Below, piece by piece: positions 38,793 to 47,138 of a stretch of DNA of 64,000 nt. Under the pieces are notes generated by a model that did no database searches, was not told where the DNA came from, and saw only the letters and a list, made by a program, of their open reading frames with translations. The translations under genes were made by a program, and so were the position numbers. Each line of letters starts with the position of its first letter. Within the stretch, counting starts at the first letter, position 1. Origin of the DNA: Gemmatimonadota bacterium (lineage in GTDB: Bacteria; Gemmatimonadota; Gemmatimonadetes; Gemmatimonadales; GWC2-71-9). The stretch covers positions 9,112 to 73,111 of the forward strand of contig JBDHAB010000021.1 of assembly GCA_039588295.1 (NCBI GenBank), read 5' to 3'.

Positions 38793-41700
38793 ATGCGTCG
38801 AGTCCTCCCAATCGCCGGAACACTGCTCGCCATCCTCATTGCCGGCCCCGCGAATGCGCAGTACTTCGGCCGCAACCAGGTGCAGTACCGTCATTTGGAT
38901 TTCTCGGTCATCGAGACCGATCATTTCGACGTCTACTTCTACGAGGAAGAGCGCGAAGCAGCCCTCGACGCGGCACGCATGGCCGAGCGGACCTATGCCC
39001 GTTTCTCTCGGCTTCTCAACCACAAATACCGAGAGCGTCAGCCCATCATCCTGTTTGCCTCGCACAGTGAATTCCAGCAGAACAATGTCAGCCCGGTCGG
39101 CGAGGGGACGGGTGGCTTCACGGAATGGTTCCGCCATCGAGTCCTGCTCCCCTTTACCGGGTCGTACGCCGACTTCGAGCACGTTCTCCAGCACGAGCTC
39201 GCGCATCAATTTCAGATCGACATCTTCGCGCGCGGGCGCATCGGCGCCGGTATCCAACGGCTGCTCGCGGTGAACCCTCCACTCTGGTTCATGGAGGGCA
39301 TGGCCGAGTACCTCTCGAGTGGTCCGATCACGCCGCAGACGGCAGTATGGCTGCGCGATGCCGCGCTCGACCGTGGACTCCCCTCCCTGGAAGAGCTGAC
39401 GTGGGATCCCAGCTACACGCCGTACCGATTCGGTCACGCGCTGTGGTCCTACATCGGAGAACGCTGGGGTGACGAGGCCGTCGGCGAGATCCTCAACGCC
39501 GCAGGCGTTTCTGGCATTCCGGGAGCATTCCGGCGTGCGCTCGGTGTGAAGCTCGACGATCTCGTTGCCGATTGGCACGACGCGATTCAGCGGACGTATC
39601 TCCCGCAGCTTGCCGACCTGCAGCAAGCTCGCCAGTTGGCGCGGCCGGTACTCTCGAAGAAGCGGTCGACTGGGACCCTTCACATCTCACCCGCGATTTC
39701 GCCGGACGGTTCGGAGATTGCCTATCTCTCCGAGGGAAACACGTTCTTCATCGACCTGTACCTCGCCGACGCGGAAACGGGAAGGGTGAAGCGTCGCCTG
39801 ATCAAGAGCGCCTTCAGCACCGACTTCGAGAGCCTCCGATTCATCAACTCGGTCGGCGCCTGGTCTCCGGACAGCCGCTTCTTCGCATTCGCCGCCAAGC
39901 GCGGTGGTGCGGATGATCTCGTCATTTTCGACGTCCGTAAGAATCGCGTGCACGGGCGCATCACGGTGCCGCTGGCCGGTGTCACCACCCCATCATGGTC
40001 GCCGGACGGATCGCACCTGGTGTTCAGTGGATACGAGGGCGGCTTGTCGGACCTGTTCATCGTTGCGGTGGACGGCACCAATCTCCGCCGCCTCACCCAC
40101 GATCGCTACGCAGACCTCCATCCCGCGTGGTCGCCCGACGGCAAGAGCATCGCGTTCGTGACGGACCGGGGTCCGCACACGGACATGGACCAGCTGCAAT
40201 TCGGGGGGCTCAGCATCGCCCGGTTTCACCTCGACGACCAGTCGATCGATCTGCTCATGGGGATGAGCGGGAACAACATCAATCCCCAGTGGGCGCCGGA
40301 TGGTCGTTCCATCGCTTTTGTGTCCGATCGGACAGGCATTCCCAACGTCTTTCTGTACGACCTCGGCGATCGCCTCACCTACCAGCTGACGAGCTTGTTC
40401 ACGGGCGCCACCGGCATCACGCCGCTCTCCCCGGCCATCTCGTGGGCGTCGTTGGCGGACCGGCTGGTGTTCACCTACTACGAGGCCGGCGAATTCGACG
40501 TCTATGGACTCGACAACCCGCGCAGCCTGAAGGGTGAGCCGTACGACGACTTGGCACCGCGGCCGGTGGTGGCCTCGCTGCTGACCGATCCGACCCCTCG
40601 CCGCGATCCGTCTCGAACACGCACCGGCCGTGCCAGCCGACTCGCAGCCATGATCCCGCTGCTCGCGGCAGACAGCAGCAATGCGGCGCGGCGGGCCGAG
40701 CCCACGGCAGGAGCATCGTATTACCGAGCCGGAGCGGGGCTCCGGGCGTCGGGGCAAGTGCCGGAAGGTGCGGACTCGACGCCGCCGCCCATTTCGGTGA
40801 AGGCGTTGCTCGACAGCGCCACGCTCGCGCTGCCCGACTCGCTGGAGTTCACGTTCCGCAACTATTCGGCGAAGCTCACACCCGACTACATCGTGCAGCC
40901 CTCGATCGGCTATGTGCGCGACAACTTCGGAAGCGGGATCTACGGTGGGAGCGCGATCGCCCTGTCCGACATGTTGGGTAACCACCGTCTCCTCGCGGCC
41001 GGACAGATCAACGGCAGGATCGACGAAATGCAGATCCTGGCCGTCTACGCCAACATGAGTCACCGGGTCAACTGGGCTGTCGGCGCATCTCAGACGCCGT
41101 TGTTCTACTTCACTTCATCTGCCTTCGGAGTGGATTCGCTCGGCCGACCGGTGCTGACCACGACGCTGGACCGGTACATCGTTCGCGAGCTGTTCTTCCG
41201 CGCCCACCGCCCGTTCAATCGGTTCCGACGTGTGGAACTCGGACTTCGCGGCGTGAACGTGGAGCGGGACGCCGTGGATTTCATCGAGGCATTCGACCCG
41301 GCGACCGGGTTCATCTTCGATCAGGACCGCCGAACGCGAAGCCTCGGTTCGGCCAGCTACGTGCAACCATCGATCGCATTCGTGTTCGACAACTCCATCT
41401 CCCTGTGGGTCGGTCCGCTCATGGGGAGACGGAACCGGTTCGAGTATGCCCCCGCCATCGGGGACTGGCGCTTCCATCAGTTCCTCGCCGACTACCGCCG
41501 CTACGACAACGTGCTCGGCCCATTCACGTTCGCGACGCGGTTTCTGTTCTTCGGCCGCTTCGGACGGGATAGCAATCAGTTTCCCGTGTTCATCGGCAAC
41601 CCTGAGCTGCTGCGGGGCTACACATCGGGCTCGCTGCGCAACAACGAGTGTCTCACCGATACCGAGGGATCGTTCTCCGGATGCAGCGCGCTCGACCAGC

Positions 41701-42032
41701 TGATCGGCACCCGCATCGGCGTCTTCAACGCCGAACTCCGTTTCCCCCTGACGCGGAACGTGTTGCTGGGGTTTGCGCCGATCGGAATCCCGCCGATCGA
41801 GGCCGCTTTGTTCTTCGATGCGGCGGTGGCCTGGGACGGGAATTCCTCGGTCCAGCTTTCCCGGGAGCCGACAGACAACAAGGCGTTGATCCGCGTCCCC
41901 CTGACCAGCTGGGGGCTCTCCCTGCGGGCAAATCTCCTGGGCTTCATGATCCTCCGATTCGACTTCGCCAAACCCCTGAACCGACAGGAGCAGGGATCGT
42001 ACTGGACCGTCTCACTCGGACCGACTTTTTAG
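38793..42032 (+). CDS. Omp85/BamA-family outer-membrane protein with an N-terminal gluzincin-like domain and a PD40 beta-propeller
   Basis: Signal peptide. HELAH...WFMEGMAEY, multiple WSPDG repeats, LRGY lid-loop motif, NAELRFP, FFDA and C-terminal Phe. Confidence 0.85.
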   Translation: MRRVLPIAGTLLAILIAGPANAQYFGRNQVQYRHLDFSVIETDHFDVYFYEEEREAALDAARMAERTYARFSRLLNHKYRERQPIILFASHSEFQQNNVSPVGEGTGGFTEWFRHRVLLPFTGSYADFEHVLQHELAHQFQIDIFARGRIGAGIQRLLAVNPPLWFMEGMAEYLSSGPITPQTAVWLRDAALDRGLPSLEELTWDPSYTPYRFGHALWSYIGERWGDEAVGEILNAAGVSGIPGAFRRALGVKLDDLVADWHDAIQRTYLPQLADLQQARQLARPVLSKKRSTGTLHISPAISPDGSEIAYLSEGNTFFIDLYLADAETGRVKRRLIKSAFSTDFESLRFINSVGAWSPDSRFFAFAAKRGGADDLVIFDVRKNRVHGRITVPLAGVTTPSWSPDGSHLVFSGYEGGLSDLFIVAVDGTNLRRLTHDRYADLHPAWSPDGKSIAFVTDRGPHTDMDQLQFGGLSIARFHLDDQSIDLLMGMSGNNINPQWAPDGRSIAFVSDRTGIPNVFLYDLGDRLTYQLTSLFTGATGITPLSPAISWASLADRLVFTYYEAGEFDVYGLDNPRSLKGEPYDDLAPRPVVASLLTDPTPRRDPSRTRTGRASRLAAMIPLLAADSSNAARRAEPTAGASYYRAGAGLRASGQVPEGADSTPPPISVKALLDSATLALPDSLEFTFRNYSAKLTPDYIVQPSIGYVRDNFGSGIYGGSAIALSDMLGNHRLLAAGQINGRIDEMQILAVYANMSHRVNWAVGASQTPLFYFTSSAFGVDSLGRPVLTTTLDRYIVRELFFRAHRPFNRFRRVELGLRGVNVERDAVDFIEAFDPATGFIFDQDRRTRSLGSASYVQPSIAFVFDNSISLWVGPLMGRRNRFEYAPAIGDWRFHQFLADYRRYDNVLGPFTFATRFLFFGRFGRDSNQFPVFIGNPELLRGYTSGSLRNNECLTDTEGSFSGCSALDQLIGTRIGVFNAELRFPLTRNVLLGFAPIGIPPIEAALFFDAAVAWDGNSSVQLSREPTDNKALIRVPLTSWGLSLRANLLGFMILRFDFAKPLNRQEQGSYWTVSLGPTF

Positions 42033-42053
42033 GAGGGACAACGGCGTCCCTCC
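42032..42053 (+). terminator. Hairpin after the Omp85-family gene
   Basis: 8-bp stem GGAGGGAC/GTCCCTCC. No U-tract. Confidence 0.35.
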
Positions 42054-42089
42054 ACCACCGCCCGACGTCAGGGACCGCCCGCAGCCGGC

Positions 42090-42118
42090 TTGCATCCCCT
42101 TACCCGCGCCTCTACCTT
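42090..42118 (+). promoter_or_regulatory. sigma70-like promoter predicted to give a leaderless mRNA
   Basis: TTGCAT-N17-TACCTT. The GTG start at 42125 is 7 nt after the -10 element. Confidence 0.55.
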
Positions 42119-42124
42119 CCGCCC

Positions 42125-43516
42125 GTGCTGGCCCGTCTTCCCGTTCCGCTGCTGCTCGCCGCGCTGATTGCCTGCAACGCAGGCGCTCGCTCGAACCCGG
42201 CAAGAGAGGCCTTCGCGCAGTCCTCCCGCACGATCGATCCAGGCACGGCGGTGGCGTTTCGGTTCCCCGCGAGTCGCGGCCCGCGTGCCCGACTCTACCG
42301 GCTCCCGTTTCTCGAAGAGGTGACCTGGCGATTCGAGTCGAGTGACAATCCGCCTCGGTCCATCGTCGGGTACGCCATCGATCAAAACCTCGTGTACAGC
42401 GTGACGACTGCGGACGAACTCGTGGCGCTCGATCTCGCCAGCGGACGGAGTCACGCCGTGGACACGAGCGTGGCACTTGCCGCTCTGGGACCGAGCGGAC
42501 GAGTCCTCGTCGTTCACCAGAGTGGATCTGTCGCAACGGTCGACCGCCGTTCCGTCCACAGATGGTCGACCGGGTTTCTGCGACCACCGACGTCCGTGTG
42601 GGGCGCATCCCGCGAGCGGGCGATCGGGATCGTGCCCGACGACGCCGGTCGCAGCCTGCACCTCGTTGGGGACGGACAAGTGACCGTGACACAGCGGATT
42701 CCACAGGGTAGCGTGACGGTGTCGCTGTGGGGCGACGCGGCCGCCGTCGTGGGCGACTCGAGTCTGTTGCTGTTGAACCCCGCGGATCCCACCGCACGCC
42801 AGATCCTGGAGCTGGACGGACCGCCGGTACTGGCAACGTTCTCACCATCGGGTCACCGACTGCTGGTGGCCATCGAGGACGGCCAGCTTTTGTCAGTCGA
42901 CCGCTTCACCTCGAACATTCTCAGAACTCTCCAGTTGCCGAGTGCGCCGACAGATGCGCGCGTGGATCCCTGGGGACGATGGTTGCTGCTCCGACCGGCA
43001 TCCGTGGATTCGATCTGGGTCGTCGATCTGGTGCTGTGGACTCAGAGACCGACCGTCGCAGGGGATTGGGACGACGGGCTGCCCGTCGTCGCCCCCGATG
43101 GGACTTTGCTGGTCCGGCACGACGGGACGATCAGCGATCTCACCACCGATTCGCTGATACCGGCCGGGTCCGTGGAAGGCGCGGGTGACGATCGGTGGAT
43201 GGTCTTTGCTTGGGACCCCAGACGCCCCGCACTCGAGGCTATCGAGACGCCTCAGGTGGAGACGAGGCGGCGTGCGGCACAGGAGATCTATGTGCAAGTG
43301 AGCAGCACCGCCAATCCGGCGTGGGCGGATGACCTGGCCGGCAATCTCCGGCGCGCCGGGATGGCGGCATCGGTGCTGCCACCCGATCGCGAAGGCGACC
43401 CGTACCGGGTGGTCCTCGGACCCTACCCGACCCGTGAAGAGGCCGAAGGGACCGGACGGAGACTGAAGCTGCCGTTCTGGATCTTCACCCGAGACTCGCT
43501 GACAGCCACGCCATGA
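42125..43516 (+). CDS. Lipoprotein with a beta-propeller-like region and a C-terminal SPOR domain
   Basis: Lipobox LIAC. C-terminal YVQVSS...YRVVLGPY.TREEAE (SPOR). Confidence 0.8.
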   Translation: MLARLPVPLLLAALIACNAGARSNPAREAFAQSSRTIDPGTAVAFRFPASRGPRARLYRLPFLEEVTWRFESSDNPPRSIVGYAIDQNLVYSVTTADELVALDLASGRSHAVDTSVALAALGPSGRVLVVHQSGSVATVDRRSVHRWSTGFLRPPTSVWGASRERAIGIVPDDAGRSLHLVGDGQVTVTQRIPQGSVTVSLWGDAAAVVGDSSLLLLNPADPTARQILELDGPPVLATFSPSGHRLLVAIEDGQLLSVDRFTSNILRTLQLPSAPTDARVDPWGRWLLLRPASVDSIWVVDLVLWTQRPTVAGDWDDGLPVVAPDGTLLVRHDGTISDLTTDSLIPAGSVEGAGDDRWMVFAWDPRRPALEAIETPQVETRRRAAQEIYVQVSSTANPAWADDLAGNLRRAGMAASVLPPDREGDPYRVVLGPYPTREEAEGTGRRLKLPFWIFTRDSLTATP

Positions 43517-43661
43517 CGCCTGGCCGTAGGGCCTTCGGTACCGCGTGCTCCGTAGCTACATTGCGCTGGGCCCCGGCGCCTGCCGTTGTGTGGGCGCCGT
43601 TGTCGTATGGCGGACGACCCCGTGCCTGCAGGATCTGCATGAACTTCGCGGAATACCCGGA

Positions 43662-46600
43662 ATGAGACTGACGCGCCTCGAACTATCGGGGTTCAAGTCG
43701 TTCGCGGACACCGTCGACCTCGCCTTCGACGACGGCGTCACCGCCGTCGTCGGTCCGAACGGCTGCGGGAAGTCCAACATCTCAGATGCCGTTCGTTGGG
43801 TACTCGGCGAGCAGCGCGCCCGCTTGTTGCGCAGCACGCGCATGGACGAGATCATTTTTCAGGGCTCGGTCAAGCGTCACCCAGTCAACATCTCCGAAGT
43901 CTCGTTGATCTTCGACAACAGTGACGGAGTGCTTCCCGTTTCGTACCACGAAGTGGCGATTACCCGCCGCCTCTCTCGCAGCGGGCAGAGCGAGTATTTC
44001 CTGAACCAGGCGCCTGTCCGACTCCGAGACATCATGGATGTGCTGCGCGGAACCGGGCTCGGAAGCGACGCCGGAGTGGTGATCGAAGCGCAGATGATCG
44101 ATCGGTTGTTGTCCGACAAGACAGAGGAGCGCCGCTCCCTGTTCGAGGAGGCAGCCGGGATCGGACACTACCGCGATCGGAAGGATGCCACTGAGCGCCG
44201 ACTGGAGCGCACCGGTACCGATCTTCAACGGCTCGACGACATCATCTCCGAGGTCCAAACCCAGGTGCGCAGCCTCGCGCGCCAGCGCGGGAAGACAGAA
44301 CGACACGACCGGTACTCCACGGACCGGTTCGGAGTCGTCATGACGCTGGCGCGGCAGGATCTGGCCGACTTCGACGCCAACCACACGACATTGCGCGAGC
44401 GCATCGAGGCACTTCGCACCACGATTCCAGAAACCCGTCAGGTCCTCGAGACGCGTGAGCGGGCCCAGACGAAGCGATCGCAGGAACGATCTGCCGTCGA
44501 GATCCGTCGAACCGAGCTGGAACGACAGCTCGCCGAGGCGCGTATCGCCATCGAACGGTTGGAGGGCGATCTCAATCTGGCGGACGAGCGGCTGCAACAC
44601 GCGGTCGAGCGCCGGGCAAGCGCGATCGAAGAGCGAGCGCAGGCTGAGGTGCACGCCGGCCAGGCCACGAGTGACCTGGAGGCCGCGCTCGCCGAACGGA
44701 ACTCGGCGGCCGCCGCTCGCGAGTCCGTGCAGACGGAACTGGATCTCCGGTCCGCAACGGAAACCGAAGCCCGCGAGCAGTTCGGCCTCCAGCGTGCGGC
44801 CGTCCGTGAGCTCTCCGAGCAGCTGCAACGAAGGGCGGAGACCCTTCGCGCCCTGGCGGGAGAGCAAACGGCGTTACACCAGGACCTCGAGGAGCTGCGC
44901 CGCCAGGAGTCGGATCTGCGTTCCCGTCTCGCGGCCACGGCGCAGGAGCTTCGAACCGCCGAGTCGGAGCGCGCGTCCGCCGAGACCACCTTGGCCGAGC
45001 GCGAACGGCAGGTGCACGAGGCGGCAACCGAGCTTGAACGCGCTCGCCATCAACTGGCGGCGGCGCGTGAGCACGAGGCGGCGGTGCGGATCGAGCGGCG
45101 CGAGGTTGCAGACCGGAGCGAGCAGCTTGCCGCCCGACTCGACGCGCTCGCCGAGCTGGAGCGGACCCGCGAGGGGATGGACCCGGCGGTGCGTGCGCTG
45201 ATGGAATCATCCGACCAGTTCGGCGGGGCGGTGCTCGGCCCGCTCAGCGATTTCCTCACCATCGAGGCGAGCGAGGCGCGCCTGGCGGAACGGCTCTTGG
45301 GTGAGTGGCTCCAAGCGGTGCTCGTCCAAAACGACGCGGCCGTCGAGGCCATTCGTCGGTGGCATGCGGTGCAGAGTCCCGGGCCGCTGGTTCTGCTACC
45401 GGTCGACCCCGGCCCGAGTCGCGACCGCTTGGCTGACACGACGACACCGGTGGGACTCGATGTGGACCCTCGTGCCGAAGCGTGGGTGCACGCGTTGCTG
45501 GGTGGAACCCGCCCCGGCGATGCGGACGGAAACGTCATCCGCCGCGCCAACGGCGCGGTGTTCCTGCCCGGCACGCCGGTATCGGGGCCCCTCAGCCGCC
45601 GGGCGGAACTGGAGCAACTGCGGCTCGACCTGGAGCGGACGCAGCGACGGCTCGACGAGCTGAAGGCCGCCGCCGCGGCCGCCGAGCAAGCCCACGTGGA
45701 AGGGGAGCGGGCAGTGGATGCGGCCGTGGAGCAGAATTCGCGTGCTCGGGCAGCCCTACGTGACGCCGAAGGTGCGGATGACGACGCGGGCCGTCGCCTG
45801 CAGCGCGCCGAGCGAGAGCGGGACGAGGCCGACGCCGCCATCGAGCGGGTTGCGCACCGCATTGAGGAACGGGACACCAGGCTCCAGTCCGTCGCCGGAG
45901 AACTCGCGACAGGTGACGACGAGCGCGCGCGCTTGACCGAGCAGCTCGCCACGCAGCAGGCAGCGCAGGAGGACCTCGAGTCCGCCCAGGATGCTGCCCG
46001 AGAACGGCGCGTGCATTGGCAGGTCGAGGAGGTACAAGTCTCGGCGCGCGAACAGGCGGCCATCGAACGAGAGACCCGCGCCCGTGCATCGTTGGATGCA
46101 GCGAACGCCGCCATCGCCCGTCTGGACACGGAGCTCGAAGAGATCGGACGCACCTCCGAGGAGTTAACCGGGCAGCGCAGCGAATGGAGTGACAAGCTGG
46201 CAGAACAACGGGTAGCGGTGCAGGAGATGGAGGCGGCGACACGTGCCGCAAACGCCGCGGTCGAGACGGCGGAGAGCCAACTCACCGAGGCCGCCCGCAC
46301 GGTCGACGAGGCCCGGACAACCCTCGGCCGCGAAAGTGAAGAGCTCCATCGGTTCGAGCTCGAGCTCACGGAGGCACAGGGCCGTCGCCAGGCGATGATC
46401 GAACGCATTGAGACCGAGTGGCACAAACCGATTGCCGTGTTACTCGAGGAGGCACCCACGATCGATGGCGACCCCGATCAGCTGCGAGCCGAAGCGGAGC
46501 GGCTGGCCGCCGAGCTGGAGCGCATCGGCCCGGTAAATCCCCTCGCCGTCGAGGAGCATGCGGAGGAAACCAAGCGACTCGAGTTTCTTCAGAGTCAACG

Positions 46601-47138
46601 TGACGATCTCGTGGCGGCGCGCGACTCACTTCGACAAGCGCTCCGGGAAATCGAGACGACGGCACGGCAGATGTTCCTGGAGACATTCGCGGTGGTAAAG
46701 CAGAATTTCCTCACCGTGTTCCAGACGTTGTTCGATGGTGGGGAGTGCGACGTGCGGCTGATGAACGAAAGCGATCCGCTGGAGAGCGAAATTCAGATCA
46801 GTGCCGCTCCGCGCGGCAAGCGTACGCAGCGGATTCACCTTCTGTCCACCGGCGAGCGGGCGCTCGTGGCCATCTCGCTCCTCTTCGCCATCTATCTCAC
46901 CAAGCCAGCACCGTTCTGTCTGCTCGACGAAGTGGACGCACCATTGGACGACGCGAACGTCATGCGATTCGTGCGGTTGCTCGAAGAGTTCAAATCGGAC
47001 ACACAGTTCATCGTGATCACCCACAATCCGCGCACGATGCAGGTGGCGGACGCGGTCTACGGCGTGACCATGCAGGAACCGGGTGTCTCCACGATCGTCG
47101 GCGTGCGGCTGGGGGAAGTCGGATCATCGGTCGCCTGA
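43662..47138 (+). CDS. smc: Chromosome segregation protein SMC
   Basis: GFKSF, Walker A GPNGCGKSN, coiled coils around a hinge, GPVN, LSTGER, Walker B LDEVDAPLD and ITH. Confidence 0.95.
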   Translation: MRLTRLELSGFKSFADTVDLAFDDGVTAVVGPNGCGKSNISDAVRWVLGEQRARLLRSTRMDEIIFQGSVKRHPVNISEVSLIFDNSDGVLPVSYHEVAITRRLSRSGQSEYFLNQAPVRLRDIMDVLRGTGLGSDAGVVIEAQMIDRLLSDKTEERRSLFEEAAGIGHYRDRKDATERRLERTGTDLQRLDDIISEVQTQVRSLARQRGKTERHDRYSTDRFGVVMTLARQDLADFDANHTTLRERIEALRTTIPETRQVLETRERAQTKRSQERSAVEIRRTELERQLAEARIAIERLEGDLNLADERLQHAVERRASAIEERAQAEVHAGQATSDLEAALAERNSAAAARESVQTELDLRSATETEAREQFGLQRAAVRELSEQLQRRAETLRALAGEQTALHQDLEELRRQESDLRSRLAATAQELRTAESERASAETTLAERERQVHEAATELERARHQLAAAREHEAAVRIERREVADRSEQLAARLDALAELERTREGMDPAVRALMESSDQFGGAVLGPLSDFLTIEASEARLAERLLGEWLQAVLVQNDAAVEAIRRWHAVQSPGPLVLLPVDPGPSRDRLADTTTPVGLDVDPRAEAWVHALLGGTRPGDADGNVIRRANGAVFLPGTPVSGPLSRRAELEQLRLDLERTQRRLDELKAAAAAAEQAHVEGERAVDAAVEQNSRARAALRDAEGADDDAGRRLQRAERERDEADAAIERVAHRIEERDTRLQSVAGELATGDDERARLTEQLATQQAAQEDLESAQDAARERRVHWQVEEVQVSAREQAAIERETRARASLDAANAAIARLDTELEEIGRTSEELTGQRSEWSDKLAEQRVAVQEMEAATRAANAAVETAESQLTEAARTVDEARTTLGRESEELHRFELELTEAQGRRQAMIERIETEWHKPIAVLLEEAPTIDGDPDQLRAEAERLAAELERIGPVNPLAVEEHAEETKRLEFLQSQRDDLVAARDSLRQALREIETTARQMFLETFAVVKQNFLTVFQTLFDGGECDVRLMNESDPLESEIQISAAPRGKRTQRIHLLSTGERALVAISLLFAIYLTKPAPFCLLDEVDAPLDDANVMRFVRLLEEFKSDTQFIVITHNPRTMQVADAVYGVTMQEPGVSTIVGVRLGEVGSSVA

